Shown one piece after another: positions 36,419 to 45,888 of a DNA stretch of 46,449 nt. Every line of letters begins with the position of its first letter. Within the stretch, counting starts at the first letter, position 1. A model generated the notes under the pieces. The model was given only the letters and a program-made list of their open reading frames with translations, had not been told where the DNA came from and ran no database searches. Source of the DNA: Actinomycetota bacterium (GTDB taxonomy: Bacteria; Actinomycetota; CADDZG01; JAHWKV01; JAOPZY01); assembly GCA_025963875.1 (NCBI GenBank), contig JAOPZY010000109.1, forward strand, positions 1 through 46,449, written 5' to 3'. Made by a program: the position numbers and the translations under genes.

Positions 36419-38653
36419 CTACTTCAGCGCCCCCTCGATCAGGTCACGATATGCGGCAGCACCTTCAGGCCGTAGGTGGATCCCATCCGGCCACAGCCAC
36501 TCGGGGTGCGCCGAGGCGGCGGCGTCCCAATCGACGAGGTGCACGTTGGGATGATTATGGGCCGCTTCCGTAAGGATACGGTTATTGAGGTCCTGCCAGG
36601 GGCGGGGGACGTGCACGCTGAGCAGGACGACGCGGCGGCTGCCCATCCGTGCCAGCACTGCGTCGAGCGCGGAGGGCTGGATGGTCCCGTTGGTCCCGAT
36701 GTGCAGGACCACGTCGCTGCCGAGGTGGTCGCTGCCGGCGAGGGCGTTCACGATGTCGAACGCCACCGATGCCTGGCGGCCTTCCTTGGCGTCGACGTCG
36801 GCGCCCGGAAGGGCTGCCTTCAGCACGTCGAGGGCGCCCTGCATGACCGAGTCGCCGATGACCGTGTAGGTGCGGGGAGCCGGTGCCGCAGGGCTCTGCG
36901 CCGGCGGTGCCGGTGTTGCGGCGGCAGTGCTCCCGGCCGGCTGGGGTGCAGGTGTGGCGGCCGCCCCAGACTGCTTCGACGGGGCCCCACCGGGCGCATG
37001 GCTGGTGGCGACACCGGCGGCGACGTGGTACGTCAGGGGAGTCGACCAGCGTGCCGACCCGGCGGGCCCGTGCAGGCCGCTGCCACCGTGGCCCAGGAGC
37101 AGCAGGATCGAGGCAAGGACCGACGCCGCCATGAACAACTGCCCGGCGGGTATCGTCCGGCGAGGCTGCTCGGGGCCCGTTGCAGGCCCTTCCGTCAGGG
37201 GCGCCGGGGCGGGGCGGGCCCGCTGGTTCTCCCAGGCTCGCTGGAGCACCTCTGCCCCCGCCTGCAGCCGCTCGCCTGCCTGGGAGAACCTCAGGAGGAC
37301 GGCTCCGAGCCACAGCTTCAGTCCCGCGGTGCGGATGGGTTTCTCGACGAGCCGGTAGCTGGCCTCCGCCAACGCCACCACGAGGGCGAGCCGGAGGACC
37401 AGGTCCGGGATCCCGGTGAGCGGCAGGTCGAGCTGCGGGCGGGTGAAGACGAAGACGGGCCAGTGCCACAGGTAGAGGCCGTACGACCGCGTACCCACCC
37501 AGCGCAGCGCCTTCCCTCCAAGGATTGGCTCGAGGCGACCGCCCGGCCGGCTCACGGCGACGACGGCAACCGCCGCCACGATGCTGAAGGCCCAGAAGCC
37601 CCCGCGGTACAGCCCCGGCGAGAACTCGGTGGTCTTCATCATCACCCAGCACACGATCACGAGCGCAGCGACGCCCCCGATGTCCGCGGCCAGCGCGGCT
37701 CGGGGAGACGGCAGCCGCTGCCACAGTGCCCCGGCGTTGGCGGCGAGCAGGGCAGCGGCGGCGACCCCGATCAGCAGCCCGAATGCATGGGTGTCGGTGC
37801 CGAAGTAGACCCGGGAGGAGTCGGCGCCGTACGGAAGGTTGTGGTGAATGGCGATGGCCGCCATCAGGCCGGCGGAGGCACAGGCACCCCCCAGGGCGAG
37901 GACCCCCACCTCGGTCAGGCCCCGCCGGGTGGTCAGGCGGCGCCGGAGACCCAGCAGCGCCAAGGGCCACAGGAGGTAGAACTGCTCTTCCAGGGCGAGC
38001 GACCACAGGTGCTGGAACGGCGATGGCCTCCCGCTGGCGATGAAGTAGGACTGGTGCCGGACGATGAACCACCAGTTCGTGACGTAGCCGAACGAGGCGA
38101 ACAGGTCTCCCCGGAACCGTGCGACTTCCGCGGGCCAGAAGGTCACGAGCGTGGCGGCCGTCACGAACAGGACGACCGCCAGGGCCGGCAGCAATCGGAG
38201 TGCCCGGCGGCGGTAGAACGCGCCGAGCGCGATGCGGCCGCCGTTCTGCAGCTCGGCGATCAGCAACGAGGTGATCAGAAACCCGGAGACCACGAAGAAA
38301 AGATCGACGCCCAGCAGGCCCCCGGGCACCCATCCCACACCTGCGTGATAGAGGAGGACCCCGATGATGGCGAGCGCCCGGAGGCCGTCCAGCCCGGGCC
38401 GGTACGCCCGGTCGGCGACCGGAGGCTTTTCCCAGGGGCGGGCCGGAGGCTTTTCCCAGGGGCGGGAGGGTGGCTCTGGCCGGGAGGACGGCTCAGGCCG
38501 GAAGGACGACACCGGCCGGACCGGTCGGGCAGCCTCGGGGACGCCCGTGGGTGTGGGCGTCCAGGCCGCGCCACCGGCATCCATCCTGCCGGGCCTCCAA
38601 GGCTGCACGTGTGTCCGAGCCCGCGAGATCGCCATATCCCCCATCACCGCCAC
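36419..38653 (-). CDS. Acyltransferase-3 plus SGNH fusion (OatA/YrhL-like O-acetyltransferase)
   Basis: LDGLRALA, GVDLFFVVSGFLIT, HLWSLALEEQFY, SYGLYLWHWP; C-terminal GDSV, GTNG, DGIH. Start uncertain. Confidence 0.9.
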   Translation of the reverse strand: MAVMGDMAISRARTHVQPWRPGRMDAGGAAWTPTPTGVPEAARPVRPVSSFRPEPSSRPEPPSRPWEKPPARPWEKPPVADRAYRPGLDGLRALAIIGVLLYHAGVGWVPGGLLGVDLFFVVSGFLITSLLIAELQNGGRIALGAFYRRRALRLLPALAVVLFVTAATLVTFWPAEVARFRGDLFASFGYVTNWWFIVRHQSYFIASGRPSPFQHLWSLALEEQFYLLWPLALLGLRRRLTTRRGLTEVGVLALGGACASAGLMAAIAIHHNLPYGADSSRVYFGTDTHAFGLLIGVAAAALLAANAGALWQRLPSPRAALAADIGGVAALVIVCWVMMKTTEFSPGLYRGGFWAFSIVAAVAVVAVSRPGGRLEPILGGKALRWVGTRSYGLYLWHWPVFVFTRPQLDLPLTGIPDLVLRLALVVALAEASYRLVEKPIRTAGLKLWLGAVLLRFSQAGERLQAGAEVLQRAWENQRARPAPAPLTEGPATGPEQPRRTIPAGQLFMAASVLASILLLLGHGGSGLHGPAGSARWSTPLTYHVAAGVATSHAPGGAPSKQSGAAATPAPQPAGSTAAATPAPPAQSPAAPAPRTYTVIGDSVMQGALDVLKAALPGADVDAKEGRQASVAFDIVNALAGSDHLGSDVVLHIGTNGTIQPSALDAVLARMGSRRVVLLSVHVPRPWQDLNNRILTEAAHNHPNVHLVDWDAAASAHPEWLWPDGIHLRPEGAAAYRDLIEGALK

Positions 38654-38760
38654 CGCCGGCCGGGTGGCCGGATCAGGAAGGCTAAACCTCCGGCCCTTCG
38701 ATGCACAACGTGGCGATGGGCCTGCAGGACGTTGTCGCGGGCGTCCTGAGGATCAGCCCC

Positions 38761-39546
38761 TTAGGACTCGACGGTGTGATGCGAGACGATGGGCTTGGTG
38801 TTGTCGGGCGTCACGACGACCTTGAACTCCCCGTCCCCACCGCTGCAGACCATGCTCCTGCCGCCCATGAGGTCGAGGGTGACCACGCCCTGGGCATCCG
38901 ACATGACTGTCGCAGTCTGCCCCTCCGGCGAGATTCGTACGCTCATGCCTTTTGGTGCGACAGCCTCGAAGACCACCGGCACGCCAGGGGCGAGCGTCCC
39001 CGCGGAGTCCTTCAGGAGGATCCGGACGGGCGCAAACACCGCCTCGCCGCCGGGAACGCGATCGCCGGATCGGGCGACGCTCTGGTTGTCACCGGATGCG
39101 ATAGTGGGCCTGAGAATGAGCGGCGGCGCCACGGCCACGTGCGCGGCCACCGAGGCGGTCCCATGACGGGCGACGAGCGTGAAAGGCCCGTAGTCGTAGA
39201 AGGCCGAGGCCGACCGTCCATGCATCTTGTCGAGGGTCGCTACGCCGTGCTCATCGGTCAGGACGACGCAGGGCGACGTCCCCATGGGGTCCATCTGGAC
39301 TCCCATGTTCCCGGGGGTCTCCCCAACGGACCAGGCCACGGCCAGGCCGGGCAGCACGGCACCGCCGGCATCTCTCAGTTCCGCCGCGACTGGATCGAAG
39401 GTGGCCATGGGGAAGCCGTGGTCGGTCATCACCAGGGAGGCCGTCTGGTCGTCCCCGGCAACGATGGAGAGCGTGCGGCCCGCGGTGGGGTCCGGGGCCT
39501 CTTGCAGGCTCGCGTGGGCGGGAGCTTCGGATGACCCTTGGTTCAT
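38761..39546 (-). CDS. Hypothetical protein with two tandem Ig-like (Big_1-like) repeats
   Basis: Internal duplication: IVAGDDQT..LRDAGG..PGL.V.W..TDEHGVATL versus IASGDNQS..LKDSAG..PGV.V.F..SDAQGVVTL; RBS GAAGGA. Confidence 0.65.
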   Translation of the reverse strand: MNQGSSEAPAHASLQEAPDPTAGRTLSIVAGDDQTASLVMTDHGFPMATFDPVAAELRDAGGAVLPGLAVAWSVGETPGNMGVQMDPMGTSPCVVLTDEHGVATLDKMHGRSASAFYDYGPFTLVARHGTASVAAHVAVAPPLILRPTIASGDNQSVARSGDRVPGGEAVFAPVRILLKDSAGTLAPGVPVVFEAVAPKGMSVRISPEGQTATVMSDAQGVVTLDLMGGRSMVCSGGDGEFKVVVTPDNTKPIVSHHTVES

Positions 39547-39723
39547 GGTGTGGTCCTTCCCTTGTCAGGCTCGGAGGGCGACGCCCTCCGGCTACTCTCC
39601 ACGGTACGCCTGCCTGGCAACCTGCGCGCAGCGGCGTACCTTCAAGGAAGGCCCGTGTTGATGTTTGGATCGCTTCCGCCGGCCCTCGGGGCCGGCTACC
39701 CGAGTACCGGGTGCATCACCTCC

Positions 39724-41508
39724 TCACGCATACCGGCGACCTGAGGAGACGGATCGCTCGTTGATGATGGCCGACACGGCATCGGGATAGTCGGCATGGC
39801 CGAACAGGTAGCCCTGGGCGCGGTCGCAGCCGAGGTCGATCAACGTTTCCTGCTGCTGAACGGTTTCGACGCCTTCGGCAACCACCCACATGTCCAGGGC
39901 GTGCGCCAGGTCGATGATGGCGCGGACAATCGCCACGGTCTGGCGCGCTGCCCCCAGTTGCTGGACGAAGGACCGGTCGATCTTGACGAAGTCGAGCGGG
40001 AACTGGCGAAGATAGCTCAGCGAGGAGTAGCCCGTCCCGAAGTCGTCGAGGCCGACCGGCACTCCGAGATCCCGGATGGTGCGCAGGCAGTCCAGCGCCG
40101 AGTTCGAGGCCTCCATGAGGACGCGCTCCGTGACCTCGATGGTCAGGGCCCCCTTCGGGAGGTGGTTGTCCACGAGGGAGCCGGCGACGACGTCGCCGAA
40201 GTGGGAGTCCGAGAGGTGGCGTCCCGTGACGTTGATGGCCACGCCGTGAAAGCCCTTGGCGGCCAGCTCGCGTGACCAGGTCGCCACCTGGTGCACTGCC
40301 CGGTCGAGGACGACCCCGTCCACGCTGACCAGCAACCCCGACTCCTCCGCGATGTCGATGAAGATATCGGGAGGGATCAGCTCGTCGGGTCCCTGGATGC
40401 GCACCAGGGCCTCAGCATCGACGACGCGGCCGGTGGTGAGGTCGATGATCGGCTGGTACTGGACGCGGAGCAGGTCCTCTTCGATGGCGCTGCGGATCAT
40501 CCGCTCGACGCCGAGACGCCCGACGGCCGTCGTCCTGAGGTCCTCGTCGAACACTTCCGCACGGTTTCGGCCACGACCCTTCGCCCGGTAGAGGGCAAGG
40601 TCGGCTTCCTGCAGGAGCCCACGCGGGCTGTGCGTGGCGTCGGCGGTGGTCGCCACCCCGGCGCTCGCGGTGCAGACGATCGACTCCTGGCCCAGAACGA
40701 AGGGCTCCTCGATGCTCTCGCAGACGCGCTCGGCCAGCCGCCGTGCATCGTCAATTTCAGTCAGGCCCTCACTGAGGACGACGAACTCATCTCCCCCGAG
40801 GCGAGCCAGGGTGTCGGTTGGGCGAAGCGCCGCCAGGGTCCGCTCGGCAACCTTCATGAGGAGGCGGTCCCCGAGCTCGTGACCCAGGGAGTCGTTGATG
40901 ACCTTGAACCGGTCGAGGTCGAGGTAGATGACACCGATCACCGTCGTGGATCGCTCCAGGCGGCGAAGCGCCTGGCCCAGCCGGTCCATGAAGACGGTCC
41001 GGTTGGCGATGCCGGTGAGGGGATCGGTGAGCGCCTGCCGCTGTAGGGCGTCCTCCACGAGCTTGCGATTGGCGATGTCCCGCATCGAGGCCAGGAGCAG
41101 GATCCTGCCGCCGTCACGAGGATGAGGAATCCGCCGCACGAGGCTCTCGGTCCAGAGGTAACCGCCGTCCTTGCAACGAAAACGGAAGGTCGCGGTGACC
41201 GCGGTCGACGACCGCAGGGCCGTGTCGTGACACGTCAGGACGGCCGGCAGGTCCTCGGGATGAACGTACTGTTCGGCCAGGCGACCGATCAGCTCTTCCG
41301 GTTCCCAGCCGAGTGTTGCCCGGGAGGCTGCCGACACGTAGGTGAACACGCCGGCGGGGGAGTAGAGGGCAGTGACGTCGCCCTCGGGATGCTCCTGCAA
41401 CGCGAGCAGCTCGAGGGGGGTGATCGGGTCCTCGTGCCCCAGGATGTCCCCTGCCATGGCGGGCCAGTGTTCGGCGTGACTCGTCGCGCGATCGGTGGTG
41501 TCCGACAT
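39724..41508 (-). CDS. PAS-GGDEF-EAL diguanylate cyclase/phosphodiesterase
   Basis: PAS (VHPED, DGGYLW), DPLTG..NR, ARLGGDEF, EALVR, DDFGTGYSS, AEGVE; RBS AGGAGG. Confidence 0.95.
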   Translation of the reverse strand: MSDTTDRATSHAEHWPAMAGDILGHEDPITPLELLALQEHPEGDVTALYSPAGVFTYVSAASRATLGWEPEELIGRLAEQYVHPEDLPAVLTCHDTALRSSTAVTATFRFRCKDGGYLWTESLVRRIPHPRDGGRILLLASMRDIANRKLVEDALQRQALTDPLTGIANRTVFMDRLGQALRRLERSTTVIGVIYLDLDRFKVINDSLGHELGDRLLMKVAERTLAALRPTDTLARLGGDEFVVLSEGLTEIDDARRLAERVCESIEEPFVLGQESIVCTASAGVATTADATHSPRGLLQEADLALYRAKGRGRNRAEVFDEDLRTTAVGRLGVERMIRSAIEEDLLRVQYQPIIDLTTGRVVDAEALVRIQGPDELIPPDIFIDIAEESGLLVSVDGVVLDRAVHQVATWSRELAAKGFHGVAINVTGRHLSDSHFGDVVAGSLVDNHLPKGALTIEVTERVLMEASNSALDCLRTIRDLGVPVGLDDFGTGYSSLSYLRQFPLDFVKIDRSFVQQLGAARQTVAIVRAIIDLAHALDMWVVAEGVETVQQQETLIDLGCDRAQGYLFGHADYPDAVSAIINERSVSSGRRYA

Positions 41509-41634
41509 GCTTGCCTCCTGAGACCGCAATGGAACGACAGCCAAGGTCTGGGGCAAGGGGGCCTGTTGTGATCACGTCATCTCTGACGGGTCTACCAAAA
41601 CGTACAGGATATGCGGATCCCGCTTTGCCACCCC

Positions 41635-42156
41635 TCAGCTGGGCGCGACGGGCCCTGGCTCAGAGGTCGGACCATCGGCGGATTCCTGCCGTCCGGGACC
41701 TGAGGGCTCCTCATCCCATCCGGGGAGCCCAAGCGGATCACCGAGGAAGCTCGCCAACCCGCTTCGCACGGGCCTTGCGTGCCCGCACGACACGTTGATC
41801 ATCGGTCGTCGCGTCTGGATCGGCGGTCGATAGCCTTGAACGCGTAACCAGCCCCGAAGACCGCGCAGAGCGCGAGTGTGGCTGCGGCGGCGAAGTCGAA
41901 GGCCATCAGCATCCACCGGCGTGGCGGATTCCGGCGACGGAGAGCGAGGATCCCTGCGGGATGCTGACCATGGCGCCTCCTCTATGTGCATGGGGGGTAC
42001 CTGCGTGGGGGGTACCTGCGTGGGGGGCTTCGGTGTCTGCTCATCTGGGGGCCGGTCCCGTTCGGCGCGGGAAAGGACGTGCAGGGCAAGGAAGGAGAGG
42101 AAGATGCCGCTCCCCGTCACGGCGGTGACGGCGCCGAACAGCCTGATGCTGCTCAT
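41635..42156 (-). CDS. Hypothetical protein with N-terminal TM and Pro-rich repeat (3' half doubtful)
   Basis: ATG 42156 overlaps the upstream stop (ATGA); hydrophobic LFGAVTAVTGSGIFLSFLALHVL. Confidence 0.35.
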   Translation of the reverse strand: MSSIRLFGAVTAVTGSGIFLSFLALHVLSRAERDRPPDEQTPKPPTQVPPTQVPPMHIEEAPWSASRRDPRSPSPESATPVDADGLRLRRRSHTRALRGLRGWLRVQGYRPPIQTRRPMINVSCGHARPVRSGLASFLGDPLGLPGWDEEPSGPGRQESADGPTSEPGPVAPS

Positions 42157-42362
42157 CGACGTGGTGCTTGCTGGCATGCTGGGCAGTCGCAATCGATGAC
42201 GTCCTCTGTGTCCTCCCTGTCCCAGGGGGCGCCCCCCTGGGACGGATGCCACGGCCTGCGCACCCCCGGGCGCCCCTCAAGGCGCCGAACCAGGCCTGCC
42301 CGGTCCAGGGCGGAGAGACCTCTCTCGGCTTGGTCGCCAACATCCAGGGTGGCGTCGGTCAT
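42153..42362 (-). CDS. Small hypothetical protein with C-terminal CDCPAC
   Basis: RBS AAGGAG before ATG; 69 aa. Confidence 0.45.
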   Translation of the reverse strand: MTDATLDVGDQAERGLSALDRAGLVRRLEGRPGVRRPWHPSQGGAPWDREDTEDVIDCDCPACQQAPRR

Positions 42363-42878
42363 TGCTCAGACTCCTTGTTGGGAGCGGATTCCGAGTGGTG
42401 TGTCCGGCCCCCCAAGCAAGGTGGGGGGGAGGCCCTGCCGGGGGGATGGACACATTTTTGTCTCAGGACTTCGGTTCGGTGCTGTCCTTCAAACTGATCG
42501 AACAAAGTGATCGAATTAGGCTGATGGAATTAACCTCATCGAAAGCGGACCCGGGAGGGCCAGCGGTGCCGTCTTAGTCTGGACGTAGTGCGAGGGCTGG
42601 GCGAACTGGTTACCGCGTTGGGCACTTCGCCTGCTGCCTGTCGTGGACTGTGCACCAATTCATCTCCCCTTGGGCGAACGTATCGAATGTTCGACGACGT
42701 CACCGGGGACATGAGTGCGCCTCAGCCCTGCCAGGGGGTCTGGAGCAAGAACCGGGCCCACATGGGGCCATATCGCATGGTACCTCTCCGCCGCTATCCT
42801 GACAAGGCGGACGCTTCGCTTATTTTGTGAGACGTTGCGCCTAACCATGCTTATATGGCCGCGCCGTATGATCTGCCG

Positions 42879-43016
42879 GTGGCCTCATATCTCTGGGTAA
42901 TCGTTGTAGTCGTTGTCCTCGCGCTCATCGTGCTCGGCGCGATCGTCATCCAACGGCGCCGGAGGGCTGGCGGCGTTTTGTCGGTCCGCCCCCGGCCGAG
43001 GAGGCGCCGGCAATGA
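42879..43016 (+). CDS. Small single-pass membrane protein (45 aa, not in ORF track)
   Basis: MASYLWVIVVVVVLALIVLGAIVIQRRRRAGGVLSVRPRPRRRRQ*; TATGAT 6 nt upstream; ATGA overlap with the next gene. Confidence 0.7.
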   Translation: MASYLWVIVVVVVLALIVLGAIVIQRRRRAGGVLSVRPRPRRRRQ

Positions 43017-43585
43017 GCGTGCTCCTGCGTGCGACCGAACTCGAGGGACGACCCGTCGTCACCTTCGCGGGGGAGAGTCCTGCCGAGGTGAAGGACATCA
43101 TCTTCGACAGCTCGACCGGCACGTTGCTCGGGCTGACCCTTCGAGGGCACGGTCTGTTCTCCCGCGCCAGAAAGGACATCCTGCCCTGGTTGATGATTCA
43201 CAGTATCGGCCGCGATGCGGTCATGATTCGTGATGAGGGCGCGTTCCAGGGAGTGGACGCCCTGCCGGCGGAGGGCGTTCCCGAAAACCGGAACGTCATC
43301 GGCAACCAGGTCCTCACCGACGCCGGCACGGATGTGGGCAGGGTTGTGGACGTCATCATCGAGGCGGGGGCGGAGGCGGAGATCGTCGGCTACGAGGTGA
43401 AGGCTTCCGAAGCCCTCGCAACGCGGGGGGAGCATGTGCTCATCCCGCTGCCCGCCGCGATTGCCGTCTCGGGCGAGCACCTCATCGTGCCGGCGGGGGC
43501 GCTGGAGTTCGTGGGCAACGACCTCTCCGGCTTTGGTGCAGCGGTGAAGGCATTCCGGGAGAAGTTGCGGGAGGGCGAGGGATGA
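43013..43585 (+). CDS. Tandem PRC-barrel domain protein
   Basis: ATELEGRPVVT..GE....VKDIIFD, SIGRDAVMI; second barrel IGNQVLTDAGTDVGRVVDV. Confidence 0.85.
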   Translation: MSVLLRATELEGRPVVTFAGESPAEVKDIIFDSSTGTLLGLTLRGHGLFSRARKDILPWLMIHSIGRDAVMIRDEGAFQGVDALPAEGVPENRNVIGNQVLTDAGTDVGRVVDVIIEAGAEAEIVGYEVKASEALATRGEHVLIPLPAAIAVSGEHLIVPAGALEFVGNDLSGFGAAVKAFREKLREGEG

Positions 43586-44052
43586 GGCTCAGGGAGGCGT
43601 ACGGGCGAAAGGTGGTGAGCACCGACGACGCCGAGGCCGTCGGCCGGTTGGATGGATTCGTCATCGACCCTGAGCAGCGCTGCGTCGTCGGGCTTCGTCT
43701 GGCGAAGGTAGGGGGTGACCGTCCCTTTGTGTCGTGGACCGATCTGCAGGCGTTCGGCACCGATGCCGTGACCGTCCCCAGTGCCGCGGTACTCCGGGCC
43801 GCGTCCGGGCAGGCGGAGGAACGCGCCGCGTCCAAAGAGCTCCAGCCGATCGGAAAACTGGTTCTGGGCGACTTGGGGACGGCGCTGGGCAAGGTGGAGG
43901 ATGTGGAGTTCGACGAGGGGTCCGGATCCCTCGTGGACTTCGATCTCGGGGAAGCGGGCACCGTCGCCAGTGACCGTCTCCTTGGTCTCGGTTCCTATGC
44001 TGTGGTCGTCCTGGAGGTACCGCCCGAACCGTCAGCACCCGGCGGCCCGTAA
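43582..44052 (+). CDS. Tandem PRC-barrel domain protein
   Basis: GRKVVSTDDAE.VGRLDGFVID, AFGTDAVTV, IGKLVL.D.G..LGKVEDVEFD; ATGA overlap. Confidence 0.85.
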   Translation: MRLREAYGRKVVSTDDAEAVGRLDGFVIDPEQRCVVGLRLAKVGGDRPFVSWTDLQAFGTDAVTVPSAAVLRAASGQAEERAASKELQPIGKLVLGDLGTALGKVEDVEFDEGSGSLVDFDLGEAGTVASDRLLGLGSYAVVVLEVPPEPSAPGGP

Positions 44053-44073
44053 CCGCCGCGGAAAGGAGCACCA

Positions 44074-44838
44074 ATGCCGAGAGAGCGCCTCCTGGCCCAG
44101 ACCTTCGTCGAGTTGGCCGACACCCTGGTCGCCGATTTCGACATTGTGGATTTCCTGCACACGCTGGCAGACCGCTGTGCCGAGTTGTTCAAGCCGGCGG
44201 AAGCGGGGGTGATGCTGGCCGACCAGCGGGGGGGGCTACGGGTCGTGGCGTCCTCAAGCGAGCGTGCCCGGCTCCTTGAGCTGTTCGAGCTCCAGAACGA
44301 GCAGGGTCCCTGCCTGGACTGTTTTCGCAACGGCGAACGGGTCGTCGCCGCCGACTTCGGCGATGACGGCGCTCGCTGGCCGCTGTTCACGGTCGAGGCC
44401 GTGGCTGCCGGCTTCCGGTCCGCCCATAGCCTTCCGCTCCGTTTCCGGACACAGGTGATCGGCGCCCTCAATCTCTTCCGCCCGCAGCCGGGCCTCCTCG
44501 ACGATCGTGACCTGACCGGGGCACAGGCGATGGCCGATATCGCCACGATCAGCATTCTCCAGGAGCGCACCTTGCGGGAGGCGAGGGTCCTCGCCGAGCA
44601 GCTCCAGCGTGCCCTCAACAGCCGTGTGGTCATCGAGCAGGCGAAAGGGGTGCTCGCCGAGCGGGCGAAGATCAACCTTGATGAGGCGTTCACGCTGTTG
44701 CGGACCTATGCCCGAACCCAGAACCGTCGTCTCCACGACGTGTCCACGGCGGTGATCTCGAGCCTGCTCACGATCGAGGAGCTGTCGGCCGCGGCGCCTC
44801 TGAAGCCGAGCCGCTCGCCACGTGCGACGCTGACGTAA
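44074..44838 (+). CDS. GAF-ANTAR protein
   Basis: FVELADTLVADFD, QGPCLDC, LNSRVVIEQAKGVL..AF.LLR.YAR. Confidence 0.92.
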   Translation: MPRERLLAQTFVELADTLVADFDIVDFLHTLADRCAELFKPAEAGVMLADQRGGLRVVASSSERARLLELFELQNEQGPCLDCFRNGERVVAADFGDDGARWPLFTVEAVAAGFRSAHSLPLRFRTQVIGALNLFRPQPGLLDDRDLTGAQAMADIATISILQERTLREARVLAEQLQRALNSRVVIEQAKGVLAERAKINLDEAFTLLRTYARTQNRRLHDVSTAVISSLLTIEELSAAAPLKPSRSPRATLT

Positions 44839-45086
44839 CCGCCAACGCGTCGCAGCGACCCCCTTCGCTCCAGGAAAGGCCGGAGTAGGGTGGGGACGGA
44901 ATACTCGCATCGGGGACGTGCTTGTCTGCGAGCCCGAGCCAGAGGGTGGTCGACATCTGAGCGAGAGAACCAACGGGGTTCTGGGGATTAGCCGCGCGGG
45001 CAGCCGGCCCGCGCTTACGCTCGTCGGGCACCCGCGCCCATTCGTCCTCCCAGGGACACCGTCGTTGCGCCGGGGACGGTAGGGGC

Positions 45087-45788
45087 ATGGACACGGACCG
45101 TGTGGCCAGCATCCTTGTCGCCATCGGCCCGGGTGTGGGGTCCGATCCGGCCAGCTATCCGGAGCGGGTGTGCGCCGCGGGCGTCGAGCTGCTCGGGATG
45201 AGCGGAGCGGGGTTGACCCTGATGACCAAGACCGGGCTGGGGGCCGTCTGGGCCTCGGACGAGGCGTGCCAGAAGGTAGAGGACCTCCAGTTCGCATTGG
45301 GCGAAGGGCCGGCACTGGACGCCTTCCGCTTCGCAGTTCCGGCCCTGGAGCCGTCCCTTGCGGATGCGACCGACCGGTGGCCGTTCTTCGGCCCGCAGGC
45401 CCTGGCTCTCGGCGTCGAAGCGGCGTTCTCCTTTCCCCTCCAGGTCGGCGTCATCTGCCTCGGTGCGATCAACCTCTTCCGGGACCGATCGGGATTTCCT
45501 TCCAGCGACGAACTGGCCGACGCGCTGGTCCTGGCCGATGTCGTCACCGAGGACCTCATCGACCTCCAGGCCCAGGGAGCGCTCCACTGGGGTCCCTCCG
45601 ATCACCTCGCCCAGCGGGCTCGGGTGCACCAGGCCACCGGAATGGTCTCGGTGCAGATCGACTCCGACATGGCCACCGCCCTGGCATGCATCCGCGCCTA
45701 CGCGTACTCCAACGACGTCACCATTTCCGACGTGGCGAATAAGGTGCTCGGCCGCACTCTTAGGTTGACTTCCCACGCCTTCGAGTAG
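45087..45788 (+). CDS. GAF-ANTAR protein (HQATGM type)
   Basis: EDLQFALGEGP, RARVHQATGMVSVQ..AL..IRAYAY. Confidence 0.88.
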   Translation: MDTDRVASILVAIGPGVGSDPASYPERVCAAGVELLGMSGAGLTLMTKTGLGAVWASDEACQKVEDLQFALGEGPALDAFRFAVPALEPSLADATDRWPFFGPQALALGVEAAFSFPLQVGVICLGAINLFRDRSGFPSSDELADALVLADVVTEDLIDLQAQGALHWGPSDHLAQRARVHQATGMVSVQIDSDMATALACIRAYAYSNDVTISDVANKVLGRTLRLTSHAFE

Positions 45789-45801
45789 GCTTTCTCAAGG
45801 C

Positions 45802-45830
45802 TCTCATGGGGGTCTTATGGGGCTCTTATG
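45802..45830. repeat. Three direct repeats TCT(C/T)ATG at 11-bp period; putative regulator site
   Basis: TCTCATG 45802, TCTTATG 45813, TCTTATG 45824. Confidence 0.55.
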
Positions 45831-45888
45831 CCCGAGAGATCGGCTGCGGCATTGTTCTTGGACCCCCGTCGCCAAAAGGAGGAGACAC

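Noticed and set aside
42675..42693. Possible LexA/SOS box CGAAC...GTTCG
   Set aside because: Spacer is 9 nt, not the 4 nt of the actinobacterial box.
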